From positions 1-55,495 of IMG/VR virus record IMGVR_UViG_3300043449_001017: a stretch of 55,495 nucleotides of DNA. One strand, 5' to 3'. The notes beneath the pieces are model-generated. The model was not told the DNA's origin. It searched no databases and was given only the letters and a program-made list of their open reading frames with translations. This DNA is from a virus. Its lineage: Duplodnaviria > Caudoviricetes. This document shows, piece by piece, positions 45,246-55,482 of this stretch. Both the position numbers and the translations under genes were made by a program. Position 1 is the first letter of the stretch; every line of letters starts with the position of its first letter.

Positions 45246-45565
45246 ACCTTCGCCCCTTCCAGGCTCTCAAGGTAGCTTTTGATGATCCCTCGCGTGAAGT
45301 AGGGGTCGTCAATCAGCTCCTTGAGGGCCGACTTCGAGTAGGGCAGCTCCTTGTCGCCTTCGTCCTTGATGCCTTCCCAGCCAACCAGCACAGACTCGAT
45401 AAGGTCGGTGTCGCCCTTGTCGAGCAGCTTGTTGAACTCCGAGCGACCGACACGGCGGAACACCGCGTCAAAAGTTTCGGTTTCAAAGCGCCCGCCGTCA
45501 GTCGGATACTCAACAGCGACGGGCCACTTGAAGGATGCGTCCTTGGACTTGCGGACGAAGGGCAT
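45236..45565 (-). CDS. Tail assembly chaperone G
   Basis: Lies between the tail tube and TMP genes and ends GTA AAA AAC TGA. Confidence 0.85.
   Translation of the reverse strand: MPFVRKSKDASFKWPVAVEYPTDGGRFETETFDAVFRRVGRSEFNKLLDKGDTDLIESVLVGWEGIKDEGDKELPYSKSALKELIDDPYFTRGIIKSYLESLEGAKVKN
45239..45245 (-). other. -1 ribosomal frameshift site A AAA AAC
   Basis: In-frame X XXY YYZ heptamer just before the G stop codon. Confidence 0.85.
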
Positions 45566-46512
45566 CAGAACACCTCGAGAGAGAACTCATCATCGCCGGT
45601 GCCGTTGTTGGACGGCAGTGCAGCAAACGGAATCGAGTATTGAGTGACCCGGTTCTGCTCGGCGTAGTTGATGGTTGTGATGTTAGCCCGAGGAATGGTC
45701 AATTTCACCTTGTTGCCGGCAACAGTGCCGTGGGTCACGGTGCAGTTACCGGAAGTGCTGGTGATGGCGCTCGTGAAGTAGTCCTTCGTTGCCATCGTGA
45801 CCGCGTCGAACTGGACGGTGCCAGTGGTGTTGCGGTCGGTCAGCAGCACTTCCTTGGTGTTGCCAACCAGCTCGCGGTAGACCATGTCCATGCCCACCTG
45901 CACTTCCAGGCTGCTGAGCTCGGGGCTGTAGGAGTGGAACTCAAAGCCGGAGCTGTTGGTGTTGTTGAACAGCAGGGGGTTCTGGAAGCCGGTGTAGGTA
46001 GTGCCGATGGTCGAGAACGCCACGTCAACAGGCGCGTCATAGACACCCATCAGCTCAAACTGGAACACGGGGATCTGGCTGACCGTCATGTTCATGCTGA
46101 CGGTGCCCCGGCACCCTTTGATCTTGTGGGTGACGCCGTCGATGTTGACGTAGATGGTGCAGGAGCTGAAAGCCTCTGACACCGGGGCGTAGGTCACCTT
46201 GGTGGCAGCGGTGACAGTCTCAGACATGCCGCAGGCTTTGAGGATTGGGCCATACTTGGGCGCCGTGCCTGCAGTGCCCGAGCCGGCCATTTCCACTTCA
46301 AATGTCACCCGGCTGCGGACGTTGGCGATCAGGATGTCGCTCGAGCCCAGGTAGGGACGGACCAGGTCGCGGCTGACCTGTTCGGCGTCGACTGGCTGGA
46401 TCTCTAGGTTGCGCACCAGGATGGCATTGGCCGCACCCGTAGGGGTCGGGTCAACGCCGTAGGTGACTTCCTGTTTGGCGAGCAGAACTCGCTTGTTGTA
46501 AAGGAGGGGCAT
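45565..46512 (-). CDS. Major tail tube protein
   Basis: 315 aa, LLAK.E.TYG.D and GSGTAGTAP.Y..IL.ACG, in the expected position. Confidence 0.85.
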   Translation of the reverse strand: MPLLYNKRVLLAKQEVTYGVDPTPTGAANAILVRNLEIQPVDAEQVSRDLVRPYLGSSDILIANVRSRVTFEVEMAGSGTAGTAPKYGPILKACGMSETVTAATKVTYAPVSEAFSSCTIYVNIDGVTHKIKGCRGTVSMNMTVSQIPVFQFELMGVYDAPVDVAFSTIGTTYTGFQNPLLFNNTNSSGFEFHSYSPELSSLEVQVGMDMVYRELVGNTKEVLLTDRNTTGTVQFDAVTMATKDYFTSAITSTSGNCTVTHGTVAGNKVKLTIPRANITTINYAEQNRVTQYSIPFAALPSNNGTGDDEFSLEVF

Positions 46513-46523
46513 GGCCGATTACC

Positions 46524-46724
46524 TCAAGGCTTGGAGGTGGATTCAGGGGCAGGCTCAGGAGCCTTGGGAATTGCAGCTGTAGGAGCGGTTTCCTCTTCCA
46601 GCTTCGCTTGCGTGGACTGAGGCTCGGTGCGTGAGCCCTGCACCAGCGTGCGCTTGCCAGACTTCGGATCCACCGTGTAGGTGCCGCCCTTGCCGTGATG
46701 TTCGTCCACCATGCTAGGCCTCAA
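46524..46724 (-). CDS. Hypothetical protein
   Basis: G.GG.Y..DP..GKR.L motif, located between the tail terminator and tube genes. Confidence 0.6.
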   Translation of the reverse strand: MRPSMVDEHHGKGGTYTVDPKSGKRTLVQGSRTEPQSTQAKLEEETAPTAAIPKAPEPAPESTSKP

Positions 46725-47143
46725 GCTAGAGAGAGATCGGCAGCCTGAGTCCGGTAGCGGATGGAATAGTCCATCATCACCACGCCCGCAGGCTGATCTG
46801 CATCGATACTATCGAAGACCACACGAACCGGGACGATTTCGCTGACAAGTTCGAGAAGCGCTGAGTTGGTCAGCAATCGCTTGTGAACGTCTTCGACAAC
46901 TGGGTCTGCAAGCTGGTCGGGGACTGCGCCGCGAACCACAACCGCAATTCGCACGATCAGGCGCCAATCAAGCTTGGGCACCACGCCATTGTCGGCATCG
47001 TCCGTAATTGGCTCGACGACAATCGCTGGACTTTCGGATCGCGCCAGGGCCGACGCCCTGCTGCGATAGATGCGGTTGCCCACCTGGGCGGTCCCGGCAA
47101 GCGCCGTAGCTACAGCGGCGAGAATGGTTTCGCGTTTTGTCAT
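46721..47143 (-). CDS. Tail terminator-like protein
   Basis: RE.IL.A...L, IYRSR and ESPAI.V, in the expected position. Confidence 0.75.
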   Translation of the reverse strand: MTKRETILAAVATALAGTAQVGNRIYRSRASALARSESPAIVVEPITDDADNGVVPKLDWRLIVRIAVVVRGAVPDQLADPVVEDVHKRLLTNSALLELVSEIVPVRVVFDSIDADQPAGVVMMDYSIRYRTQAADLSLA

Positions 47144-47415
47144 GTGCGCTGCAGGTAAAGGTCGCAGAATTGGCCGTCATCAAGCAGCACGTTTTCGCGA
47201 ACTTGGTAAGAGACGCCGTTCACGGAAATGCTATCGCCGTACTTAAGCGTCCCAAAATCTGACGTTTTTGCTGTGAGCCTGTAGTCGGTGGTAAGCACCA
47301 TCCCATCGGCGACCACTTGACTTGGCGTGTCCAGGATGCCCAGTGCGGTCACTGCACCGGCAGTGCAGCTGACCCCGAAGTCATCCAGGAAGACATTCAG
47401 ATCCTCTGAGATCAC
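47140..47415 (-). CDS. Head-tail joining protein (gpFII-like)
   Basis: FL.DFG..GILD..GD.I.V.G..Y.V...DDG. Confidence 0.8.
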   Translation of the reverse strand: MISEDLNVFLDDFGVSCTAGAVTALGILDTPSQVVADGMVLTTDYRLTAKTSDFGTLKYGDSISVNGVSYQVRENVLLDDGQFCDLYLQRT

Positions 47416-48428
47416 AGCGGCACCGCCTTGTGTCGTGCAATCAGGCTAGCCGCATCTGCAGCTTGCACTGCGACCTCGGTGCCAGACCAGGCTGGCTGGC
47501 CGCCGATCATCACGTCACCGGTCAAACGCACGCGAATCTCGCCCTTTGCATTCACCGGCGTGGTGACGCGGCGCATCTGATCGACCCGGATCGTCTCGAT
47601 TGCGCAGTCGAGATCGTTGCGGCCGTAGGACACGAGCGCCTTTTGTCCAACCAGCTCGAGGCCGCCAGGAAAGACGCACAGCGGCTGCCAGCCTCTAGCT
47701 GTTTCAGGTGCTCCCCATTCCTCCTCTGCCGTAATCACCGGCCCAGCTGACATCATCGTTGGCGCATGCGGCGCTGTGGCACTGAAGGCCACCCATGCCG
47801 CGTGATACAGCCGACTCCGCCGAGGGTGCTTCTCCCAGCTGTGGAACATCGCCAGTTTCTGTCCCTGCCAGTCAACTGCCGGTGTTCCGCCGCTCATTCG
47901 ACCCCAGCGCCAACGCAAAGGAGCATTTCGCCACTCCTGCACTACGTCGTCGCCATCAAGTTCGAGCACAACCCAGCCGCTAGCGCCCATGTCATAAACG
48001 CAGCGCAATGCGCCCTCGGCTTCAAAGAAGGTCCAGTTCTTCTCCTTGCTGCTCCAGTTATTGGCGCCGTACCTCGGCACCCACATCTGCGACAGGCTCC
48101 ACGAACGGCCCTTTTTCACTAGCCGGCCATAAGCCTGTACGCACTTCCACCCTTCCGCCTCGCCGTACTTGGCGATCGAAAAAGCGATGTACGGCGATCC
48201 GCCGTACATGAACAGGCGCGGGTCTTCCAGTGAGCACCCGGCCGGGATGCCTGGCACTTTCAGTCGCTGGTTGCGCAGCACGTTTCGTGCCGCATCCATC
48301 TCAGCAAGCACGATCTCGCTGGCCTTGAAACTTTTCGGTTCAGACCGATACGCCAACAGAAAGCCCTCCCCGGCCGAAACCAGGGAGGGGTTGTAGTTCC
48401 GCTTGGCTTCAACTAGCCCAGCAATCAT
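47412..48428 (-). CDS. Five-bladed beta-propeller glycoside hydrolase-like protein with short C-terminal module
   Basis: YNPSL, EDPRLF, EKNW.FF, GGTP, VFPGG and VSYG.ND blade motifs (GH130/GH43-like). Confidence 0.72.
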   Translation of the reverse strand: MIAGLVEAKRNYNPSLVSAGEGFLLAYRSEPKSFKASEIVLAEMDAARNVLRNQRLKVPGIPAGCSLEDPRLFMYGGSPYIAFSIAKYGEAEGWKCVQAYGRLVKKGRSWSLSQMWVPRYGANNWSSKEKNWTFFEAEGALRCVYDMGASGWVVLELDGDDVVQEWRNAPLRWRWGRMSGGTPAVDWQGQKLAMFHSWEKHPRRSRLYHAAWVAFSATAPHAPTMMSAGPVITAEEEWGAPETARGWQPLCVFPGGLELVGQKALVSYGRNDLDCAIETIRVDQMRRVTTPVNAKGEIRVRLTGDVMIGGQPAWSGTEVAVQAADAASLIARHKAVPL

Positions 48429-48430
48429 GC

Positions 48431-50686
48431 TCAGCTCAGGGCACCGGTGCCGTAGCAGAAGGCGCCGGGATGCTTGACAGCGAAGTCGATGTCCTGCAGC
48501 GCGATGATGCGAACGGTGCCGCTGGTGGCGCCGGCGTAGGGGTCGAGAGTCAGGTCAAGACCAGACCACATGCCCATGATCATCTTGTCAAAGGCACCGA
48601 ACACGATGTCGTCAAATGCCAGCTGGTTGGACACGACGGCAGGGTAGCCGTTCACCTCGTTGTTCTCGTACACGAAGCCAGCAGCCACGGCAGAGCCAGA
48701 CTTGGCGGTGGACTTCAGAGCACCGCGAGCAGCGGCGTTCATCAGGTAGAACAGCGAGCCGGCGTCGGCGTTGTCCTTGGCCACCTCGGTCTCCATGTCG
48801 ATCAGCTCGGCGAAGGTGCCGTAGCCGGTCAGAGCCTTGGTGTTAATGCCGACAGTGTTCACCAGGCCGCGAGGCTGGTTAGAGGTGCCGGAGCCGTACA
48901 GGCCAGCCCGGTCAATCTCGAGGGCGATCACACGAGCCAGGTCATTGCGGACCATCTGCTCAACGTCCACGGAAGACTGAAGCAGCAGGCGACGGCTGTA
49001 GTCGACGTAGGCGCCCACGGTCTTGGGCGACATGGTCACCTGGTCCAGGGTCTGCTGGCTCTCGGTAGGAGCGTTGCCTTCACCCACCCAGTAGGCGGTA
49101 GCGGCAGCAGTCTGGCGAGGGATGGCAATGTTGCCCTGCAGGCCATTCAGCACGGTGGCGCCCACCTGGGCCAGAGCCAGCTTGTTGCGGAGCAGCTCGA
49201 TGAAGCTGCCGGCCAGCAGGTCGGTGGCGACCAGGTTGCCGCCAGCGGAGGCAGGGCTGGTGGCCAGGTCGCGGCGCAGCACTTCGTTGGGCACCATCAG
49301 ACCGTTGGCGGGCTTGCCGTAGGTCTTGGATGCAGCTTCAGACACCTCACGCTCGAAAGCGGCGGCCTCTGCGGCTTTCTTGTCGCCAGGATTGGCGAGG
49401 TAGTTCAGTGCGCGAAGGAAGGAGTAGCTGCGGGTCTCCTTGTCGTTCAGGCCCACCTCGGAGGTGGTGTCGATGCGGTGCTCCACTTTGGTGCTGCGAG
49501 TGTCGATTTTTTCAAGGAAGGCAGCGCGAGCCTCGTCAAGGCTGCGGCCGCCGTTGATCAGCTCGCCAGCAAGCTCGGACATGCCGTGCTTTTCGCCGAG
49601 AGCAGTGATGGAAGCGATACGGCTACGCTCGGCCTCGACGGCCTTGGACCGGATCACCTCCACGTCAGGGGTGGTGTTCTCCATTTGAACCTCAGGTTCT
49701 TGAGTGGGTGATGCGGCTGGGGCCGCAGAGTCGATCGAAAGCGACCGGCCGATCCCGATGGTCGGGTCTGCAGGGATGCTAACCACCGATACTTCGTAGG
49801 GAGCCCAGTTGGTTGCTACGAAGTTATCGCCACGCTCCTCCATTTTGTTGATGGAGTAGCCGAAGCTGACCCCGCGAAGGACATTGTCCTTCACGTCGGC
49901 CATGACCTCCTTGGCGAAGCTATTGCGGGAGAAACGCACTTTGACGTAACCCCGCTTCTTGCTGCCGTCGACCCATGCACGCTCGACGACACCCACGACC
50001 TTGTCAGGGTTGTGGTTGAAGAGCAGAGGAGCTCCGTCGTTGAGACGGCTCAGATCGGCTGCTTCAATTTCGTGGCTAAGCACTTCGTTTCCAAAGTACC
50101 TAGGCACGGGATACTCGGAACTAAAGGGGAACTCAAAGGAGCGCTCCTCTACTTCCGAGAAGACGGTGGCTTCAGTGCGTTGGTACTTACCTTCCAGTGA
50201 GCGCAGAGCTGTGGTCTTGGTCAGAGCACTGAAGCGATGACCGGCCATCACGTCGGTCTCATTCCAGCCGTCCGCGCCCTTGCGGTAGACCGCGATCAGC
50301 GCAGCTGGATCTTCCTCCGTGCCGACGATCTCGAAGCTGCTACTTGGCACATCGATGCGACCGTTGCGCTCGACCTTCTTGATCTGCCCTTGGGCTTGGC
50401 CACCGGGCGTGTTCCACTTGACGAAGTCGCCGACGCTTAGGGCGTCAGCTTTTGCTCTGTCGCCCATCGGCATCGGAGCAGACTCCTCGGCCATCTCCTC
50501 GGTTTCGTCCTCGGACTCCGGGTCTTCGCCCGACAGCGTCTCGACCGTATCCTCGACGATCTCGGCCATATGCTCGGCCACGACCTGGCCGATGGTCTCG
50601 CCGATCGCGACTACCTGCTCCTCCGTCAGATCGTGCATGGCACGCTCCGCGCTAGAGGTTTCAGTTGTTTCCTTCAGTTCGTCCAT
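48431..50686 (-). CDS. Prohead protease-major capsid protein fusion (HK97 fold)
   Basis: PLLFNH, VSFGY and EVSVVSIPAD protease motifs, then GGNLV.T, AYWVGE and SRRLL.QS capsid motifs. Confidence 0.93.
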   Translation of the reverse strand: MDELKETTETSSAERAMHDLTEEQVVAIGETIGQVVAEHMAEIVEDTVETLSGEDPESEDETEEMAEESAPMPMGDRAKADALSVGDFVKWNTPGGQAQGQIKKVERNGRIDVPSSSFEIVGTEEDPAALIAVYRKGADGWNETDVMAGHRFSALTKTTALRSLEGKYQRTEATVFSEVEERSFEFPFSSEYPVPRYFGNEVLSHEIEAADLSRLNDGAPLLFNHNPDKVVGVVERAWVDGSKKRGYVKVRFSRNSFAKEVMADVKDNVLRGVSFGYSINKMEERGDNFVATNWAPYEVSVVSIPADPTIGIGRSLSIDSAAPAASPTQEPEVQMENTTPDVEVIRSKAVEAERSRIASITALGEKHGMSELAGELINGGRSLDEARAAFLEKIDTRSTKVEHRIDTTSEVGLNDKETRSYSFLRALNYLANPGDKKAAEAAAFEREVSEAASKTYGKPANGLMVPNEVLRRDLATSPASAGGNLVATDLLAGSFIELLRNKLALAQVGATVLNGLQGNIAIPRQTAAATAYWVGEGNAPTESQQTLDQVTMSPKTVGAYVDYSRRLLLQSSVDVEQMVRNDLARVIALEIDRAGLYGSGTSNQPRGLVNTVGINTKALTGYGTFAELIDMETEVAKDNADAGSLFYLMNAAARGALKSTAKSGSAVAAGFVYENNEVNGYPAVVSNQLAFDDIVFGAFDKMIMGMWSGLDLTLDPYAGATSGTVRIIALQDIDFAVKHPGAFCYGTGALS

Positions 50687-52323
50687 CAGTTAAGCGGCCC
50701 CTCTGGACGCTCGGATTGAACTTGTTCAACTGTAGTCGGCTTCTTGCGACGCGATCTTGTTGACTTGGCGCGAGGCTCAGCGCTTGTATCTTGCTGCGCT
50801 TCCTCGACCGGAGGTTCTTCGGTAGCTGAAGGCTCCGTCGGTGCGCTGGGCGGCGACTTAATCAGATCAGTGTCGAGCTGCACGCCAAGGTTGGCAGCAG
50901 TCTTCCGCTCGCGAGCAATTTGCTGAAGGTTTTCGTCGAGGTCTCCGCCTAGCTGTGCGCAGATCTGCGCCTTGGTCATGTAGCCAGCTGCCTCCATCTC
51001 GCGGTAGGCCTTTACCTCCTTGAGCGGATCCACCCAGCTCCAACCGCGTGCCAGCCACTTCGGACTGTCGTAACGCTCAGGGCGCAGCTCGTAGTCCGGC
51101 AGGGCTAGCTCGCCACTGAGAACCGCTACGTCGAGCCACTCACGGAACACCCGCATGTGAAAGTGCTCGATCAGGTAGTTCTGCACCACCTTCCAGTGGT
51201 CACGGTCCTCGAGCAGGCTTAGGCGGGAGCTGGAGTAGTTGGTCTCCGAGAAGTCCCTCGACAGGGTCTCATAGGAGCAGCCAAAACCTGAGGCAAAGCG
51301 CCGAGTCTTAGCCCGCACAAAGCTTTCATACTGCGCATCCGGCGAGCGCAGGTCGGGCACGGTCACCGACTGGCCTGGGTCGAGGTACTTGAAGACACCA
51401 GGCTCGAACTCGGTGATGCGCTGGCCCTCTTCAACCGCATCTGCCTCCAGCTCCCCCTCGGGGCTGGTGATGAAGCCCATCAGGGACGCAGTAGACCGGG
51501 CCCGGATTACCGCTGCCTCTTCGTAGCCAGACAGTTGGTGGGCATCGGCGATCACCGGCGCAAACCAGGGCACTCCACGGTGCTGGTTGGGGCGCTCTGG
51601 GATGAAAAGGTGGATCACCTCATTCGCCGGCAGAAAAACGTGCTTCACGTTTTCCTTGTCGGGCGTGCCCTGGAACCAGTAGTCGCCAGGGTGACGGGTC
51701 AGGAACGCATAACGGACTGCTCGCCCATAGCGGTCGATCTCGACCCCCATGCGCCATTCATTGCCCTTGGCGCTCACTGCGCCGTTGTACTCGTCATCGA
51801 GTAGATCGCTCTCGATGATCTCGAGGGCCAAGGGGATCCTGCTGCCACCAAACCCACGTTTGTGGACCCGGAAAATCACCTCGCCGGACTCGGGCAGTGC
51901 CCCGGCAGCAAGCCACTCAAACGAATGGAAGCTATTGCGACCCGTCACGTCGCAATAGTCGGACCGACACCAGCGCTCCCACTTGCTTTCGATCAGGCTG
52001 TTCGTCCGCTCGTCACGCTTGTTGCCGCGCAGGGTCATCACCTGCGACTGGAGCTTGACGCCCTGACCGATCACGTTGATCTGCGTCGTGCGCTTGGCCT
52101 GTCGCGCATACGGGTTGTCCCGTACCATCTGACGCGACCGGTCGCGCAGCTTGCGCAGGCTGGTCTTGATCTCAGCGTCGGCGCTGGTGCCGTGCGCGAT
52201 CCAGTCACTGGTCAGGCGGTTGATCACAGCGCCTGCATAGGCACGGCGCCGACGCTTGGCGGGCTGTGGTTCAGGCTCTGGCCCGAATCCAAAGAATTGA
52301 GCTACTCGAGTGCGGAGTCCCAT
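50686..52323 (-). CDS. Lambda-family portal protein
   Basis: LR.RSR...NPYA, GVE.D..GR, RGVPW, NYSS.R and WVDPLKE. Confidence 0.95.
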   Translation of the reverse strand: MGLRTRVAQFFGFGPEPEPQPAKRRRRAYAGAVINRLTSDWIAHGTSADAEIKTSLRKLRDRSRQMVRDNPYARQAKRTTQINVIGQGVKLQSQVMTLRGNKRDERTNSLIESKWERWCRSDYCDVTGRNSFHSFEWLAAGALPESGEVIFRVHKRGFGGSRIPLALEIIESDLLDDEYNGAVSAKGNEWRMGVEIDRYGRAVRYAFLTRHPGDYWFQGTPDKENVKHVFLPANEVIHLFIPERPNQHRGVPWFAPVIADAHQLSGYEEAAVIRARSTASLMGFITSPEGELEADAVEEGQRITEFEPGVFKYLDPGQSVTVPDLRSPDAQYESFVRAKTRRFASGFGCSYETLSRDFSETNYSSSRLSLLEDRDHWKVVQNYLIEHFHMRVFREWLDVAVLSGELALPDYELRPERYDSPKWLARGWSWVDPLKEVKAYREMEAAGYMTKAQICAQLGGDLDENLQQIARERKTAANLGVQLDTDLIKSPPSAPTEPSATEEPPVEEAQQDTSAEPRAKSTRSRRKKPTTVEQVQSERPEGPLN

Positions 52324-52907
52324 CAGCGGCCGAACCTCACGAACAGGCTATGCGGATTGCCAAGGCCGTTTGCGATCATCGCGGCCTTCTGCTCGCGAGC
52401 GACCTCCGCCTTCAGTCGCGACTCGAGCGCCAACAGCTCAGCGAGGTCGTAGCGTTTCAGGCTGCGGGTGCCGATCCGGTATTCCTGAACGGCACCGCCG
52501 GACATCAGCGTCCGAATTGCTGCCTGGCAGGCATCGAGATCTTTCTGCGCCTGAGACCTGGCATCTACTGCAGCGGGAGTGCCGACGTAGGCAAAATTTG
52601 GGTCAACCTCAAAGCTGCCCGAACCCAGCGTCGTCTTCGCGCCGCCAACATTCGCAGTGGCAACTGCCTGCCAGTAGCCAATGTCGTCCTCGTGAAACCC
52701 GCCGCTGACGGCAGAGCTGATCGTGAGCCTCCATCCGCTCCCGTCAGCAACTCCCACAACAGTGGCGCCGTGGTTGTTGCGGTTGAACCTGACGTAATAA
52801 GTCAGGTCGTGGGTGGAGCTGTCGATCGGAGCGCCGAACACGTCGACAGTCGGATCGTCTTTCCACGCGACCGTGTCACCAGCCCGAATTTTGGATGGGA
52901 TCTTCAC
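52323..52907 (-). CDS. Head completion protein with C-terminal gpW-like domain
   Basis: C-terminal GGAVQEY.IG.RSL.R..L.EL, located between terL and portal. Confidence 0.7.
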   Translation of the reverse strand: MKIPSKIRAGDTVAWKDDPTVDVFGAPIDSSTHDLTYYVRFNRNNHGATVVGVADGSGWRLTISSAVSGGFHEDDIGYWQAVATANVGGAKTTLGSGSFEVDPNFAYVGTPAAVDARSQAQKDLDACQAAIRTLMSGGAVQEYRIGTRSLKRYDLAELLALESRLKAEVAREQKAAMIANGLGNPHSLFVRFGR

Positions 52908-52911
52908 GGCC

Positions 52912-54765
52912 TCACCACTGGCGGACAAAACTCCGTTTTGGAGCCTTGTTCGATCTTAGCGGGGCCTTGCGCTCGGCTTCTACGGGCTTTTCTAGCCTTT
53001 TTTCCAGCTGATCCCACATTGTTCTGCGGTCGTACCGCTGGTACATGCGATTTAACGCTGCATACGCATACACAAGCTCGTCCAGCGCTTCATTTCTCTG
53101 ACTCGACTTCTTGACCCAGACCCTCTCGGGGTAGCCGCGCACAAATCGCGTGATCTGCTTCTCGGCCGTCAACTCTTCGAAATACTCGAGCCCGGCCTGG
53201 GCATAGAAGTGCAAAAATCCTGGACCTGGTTCATTGTGCTTCAGCCGGCCAAACAGCAGGCTTTTCACCGTGTCGCCACCCACCGGATAGACCTCAGCGC
53301 CTTTCTTCAGGGCCTTGCCCTTGTAATTCAAGTCCACCTTGGTGGGCTTACCAATCGGCGGCTTGCCCTTCTGGCTCTGACCTTTCACGGCAATCACGCC
53401 TAGGTTCTGCCGCTCGCGGGCGTACTGGTACACCTCCATCGTGTGGTGGCCGCCAGAGTCGATGCAGACCACATCTGGCCGCAACTCGCAGCCAAGCGCA
53501 TGTGGAAACGGCCGTGTCACGACCTCGTCAAGCTGCTTCCATGGCTCGGGCCTGCTCGGATCGCCATGAATCACAACCCTGTCGACCAGCCAGCCTTCCT
53601 CCTCGCGGCCCCACGCCCAGACGCTGAGACTGAGGCGGTTGTCCTGCACGTCGCATCCAATCGTCAGGGCCGACGCTTCGGCAGGGACCAGCCTGGGCTC
53701 GTATAGCTCGGCCCGCTCGAGCAGGCTGTCGGCGCCGACCTTTGCGGCATAGTCGTCTTCCCAGCTTTCGCCGAGCACGGTGTTTACGAATGTCTTGAGC
53801 GCCTCGGCGTCATTCTTGGCCTCGAGGAACTCGTCTTTCAGGTTGTCCCAGCTTGCATTCGGGCTGTAGCTGTATGCCGCCCAGATGTGAAAGCTGACGT
53901 GCTTGCCATTGCCAGGAGTCGTCGGGCGCCACTCACCGCGCTCAACCATCCATCGCTTCTTCGAGTGTGGAATAAAAACGCCACAGCTCTCGCAGACGTA
54001 GTGAACCGGGTCGGTCGGTTCATTCCATCGCATCCCGCTCCATTTCAGGTACTGCATGTGCCCGCAGTCGGGGCACGGCACGAAGTAACGACGCTGGTCG
54101 CCTTGTTGAAACAGTCTTTCGATGCGACTGGCATCCTTCAGCGTCGGTGTGCTGCCAGCGATGATCTTGCGATTCCAGTAATACTCCGTTCGGCGGATGC
54201 CCAGCTTGATCTGGTCGCCCTCAGGGCCGGCGCTCGGTGGATAGCCGTCTGTCTCGTCAAACATCACGATCCGGCGGCTGACACGACGAAAGCCACGCGG
54301 ACTGTTGGCACCCACCAGGCCGAGCGTTCCACCCGGATACTGCTTCTGCAGGATGGTGTTGGCGCCGTCCTTGGCCTTGCTGTCACTCACCAGGCCGCGC
54401 AGCACCGGCACATCCCTGAGCATCGGTGCGATCTCTTCCTTTGAGTAGCCCTGGGCGTCCTCAATGGTGGGCAGCACCAGCATCATCGGGCAGGGATCTT
54501 GGTGGATGTGAAATGCGATGCAGGCATTCAGGATCTTGGTGTACCCGACACGAGCAGATTTCATCACCGACACCTGCTCCACCCTTGGATCGGTGACGGC
54601 ATCCATGATCCCCTTCTGGTAGGGGAGCGTGTGCCAGCGGCCAGCCTCAGCGCTGCTCTCGGCCGACAGTGCAAAGTGCTTGTCTGCCCACTCGCTTAGC
54701 GAGAGCTTCTCGGGCGGCTTCCATGCGCGGAGTGCCGAGCTGGCGATGTCCTCAACTGTCGCCAT
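52912..54765 (-). CDS. terL: Terminase large subunit (lambda gpA family)
   Basis: KSARVGYT, FDETDGYP, GSTPT, CPDCG, DVQ, DSGG and RNEALD. Confidence 0.96.
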   Translation of the reverse strand: MATVEDIASSALRAWKPPEKLSLSEWADKHFALSAESSAEAGRWHTLPYQKGIMDAVTDPRVEQVSVMKSARVGYTKILNACIAFHIHQDPCPMMLVLPTIEDAQGYSKEEIAPMLRDVPVLRGLVSDSKAKDGANTILQKQYPGGTLGLVGANSPRGFRRVSRRIVMFDETDGYPPSAGPEGDQIKLGIRRTEYYWNRKIIAGSTPTLKDASRIERLFQQGDQRRYFVPCPDCGHMQYLKWSGMRWNEPTDPVHYVCESCGVFIPHSKKRWMVERGEWRPTTPGNGKHVSFHIWAAYSYSPNASWDNLKDEFLEAKNDAEALKTFVNTVLGESWEDDYAAKVGADSLLERAELYEPRLVPAEASALTIGCDVQDNRLSLSVWAWGREEEGWLVDRVVIHGDPSRPEPWKQLDEVVTRPFPHALGCELRPDVVCIDSGGHHTMEVYQYARERQNLGVIAVKGQSQKGKPPIGKPTKVDLNYKGKALKKGAEVYPVGGDTVKSLLFGRLKHNEPGPGFLHFYAQAGLEYFEELTAEKQITRFVRGYPERVWVKKSSQRNEALDELVYAYAALNRMYQRYDRRTMWDQLEKRLEKPVEAERKAPLRSNKAPKRSFVRQW

Positions 54766-55297
54766 ACTCCTCGGCCAGTTCCTCGAGGGCTTCACGCACG
54801 ATGTCTTCGAGCACCACCACCTGATCCTGCGTCAGGTCTGGGATGCGCTGCTTTGCCTTGCTTGGGATTCCCAGCACCTTGGTGCGACTGATGGTGATGA
54901 CCTCAACCCACTTTGCCTGCACCTCAGCCGCTCGGACCAGCAGCCCTTCCTTTTCCTTGCGCTCCAGCTCGAGCAGCTCGGCCTTCAGGTACTCGGTGCG
55001 GGCACGCGATTCGTTGTAGTCAGGGACAATGTCCCCTGGCTCGGGGTCAGTGAGTGGTCGGTCTCGTTTGGGTCGCTCTGGAGGAAAGGCGCTCTCGCCC
55101 ATCGGGGGCTTGGGACCGATGCCGACTTTTTGCATCGTGTTGGCAGCCCAGTGCTCGCGTAGCGTCTCGCTGTCGATCAGCTCTTGCCCGTCTCTGGTCC
55201 GAACGACCGGGACGCGACCTTCCTTGACCGCTTTGTAGACGGCCTGGCGTGTCACCCCGAGGACTCGGCCAGCTTCTGCCTTGGTGATGAGTGGCAT
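54752..55297 (-). CDS. terS: Terminase small subunit (Nu1-like)
   Basis: N-terminal wHTH (AGRVLGVTRQAVYKA) and ARTE..KA...ELE....G.LV. Confidence 0.9.
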   Translation of the reverse strand: MPLITKAEAGRVLGVTRQAVYKAVKEGRVPVVRTRDGQELIDSETLREHWAANTMQKVGIGPKPPMGESAFPPERPKRDRPLTDPEPGDIVPDYNESRARTEYLKAELLELERKEKEGLLVRAAEVQAKWVEVITISRTKVLGIPSKAKQRIPDLTQDQVVVLEDIVREALEELAEEYGDS

Positions 55298-55482
55298 GGC
55301 CGAAGGTTAGCCGCAGTGGCGGTCCTATTGCGGATTGTGTAATTCTGGGACGGACAGTTACCTGCCAGAGTATCTGGATGGTACTGTTTTCGGTTGCCTC
55401 GTTTTCGGGGAAAGGGGTGTCTTTGCGTGAGACGCAGGAGACGTGAACTAACTCCGGGGGTAGTGCCTAGAAAAATATCGAG

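Noticed and set aside
48470-49711. 413-aa + strand ORF (likewise 8471-9901 and 34289-35287)
   Set aside because: Antisense shadows of the capsid, primase and J genes.
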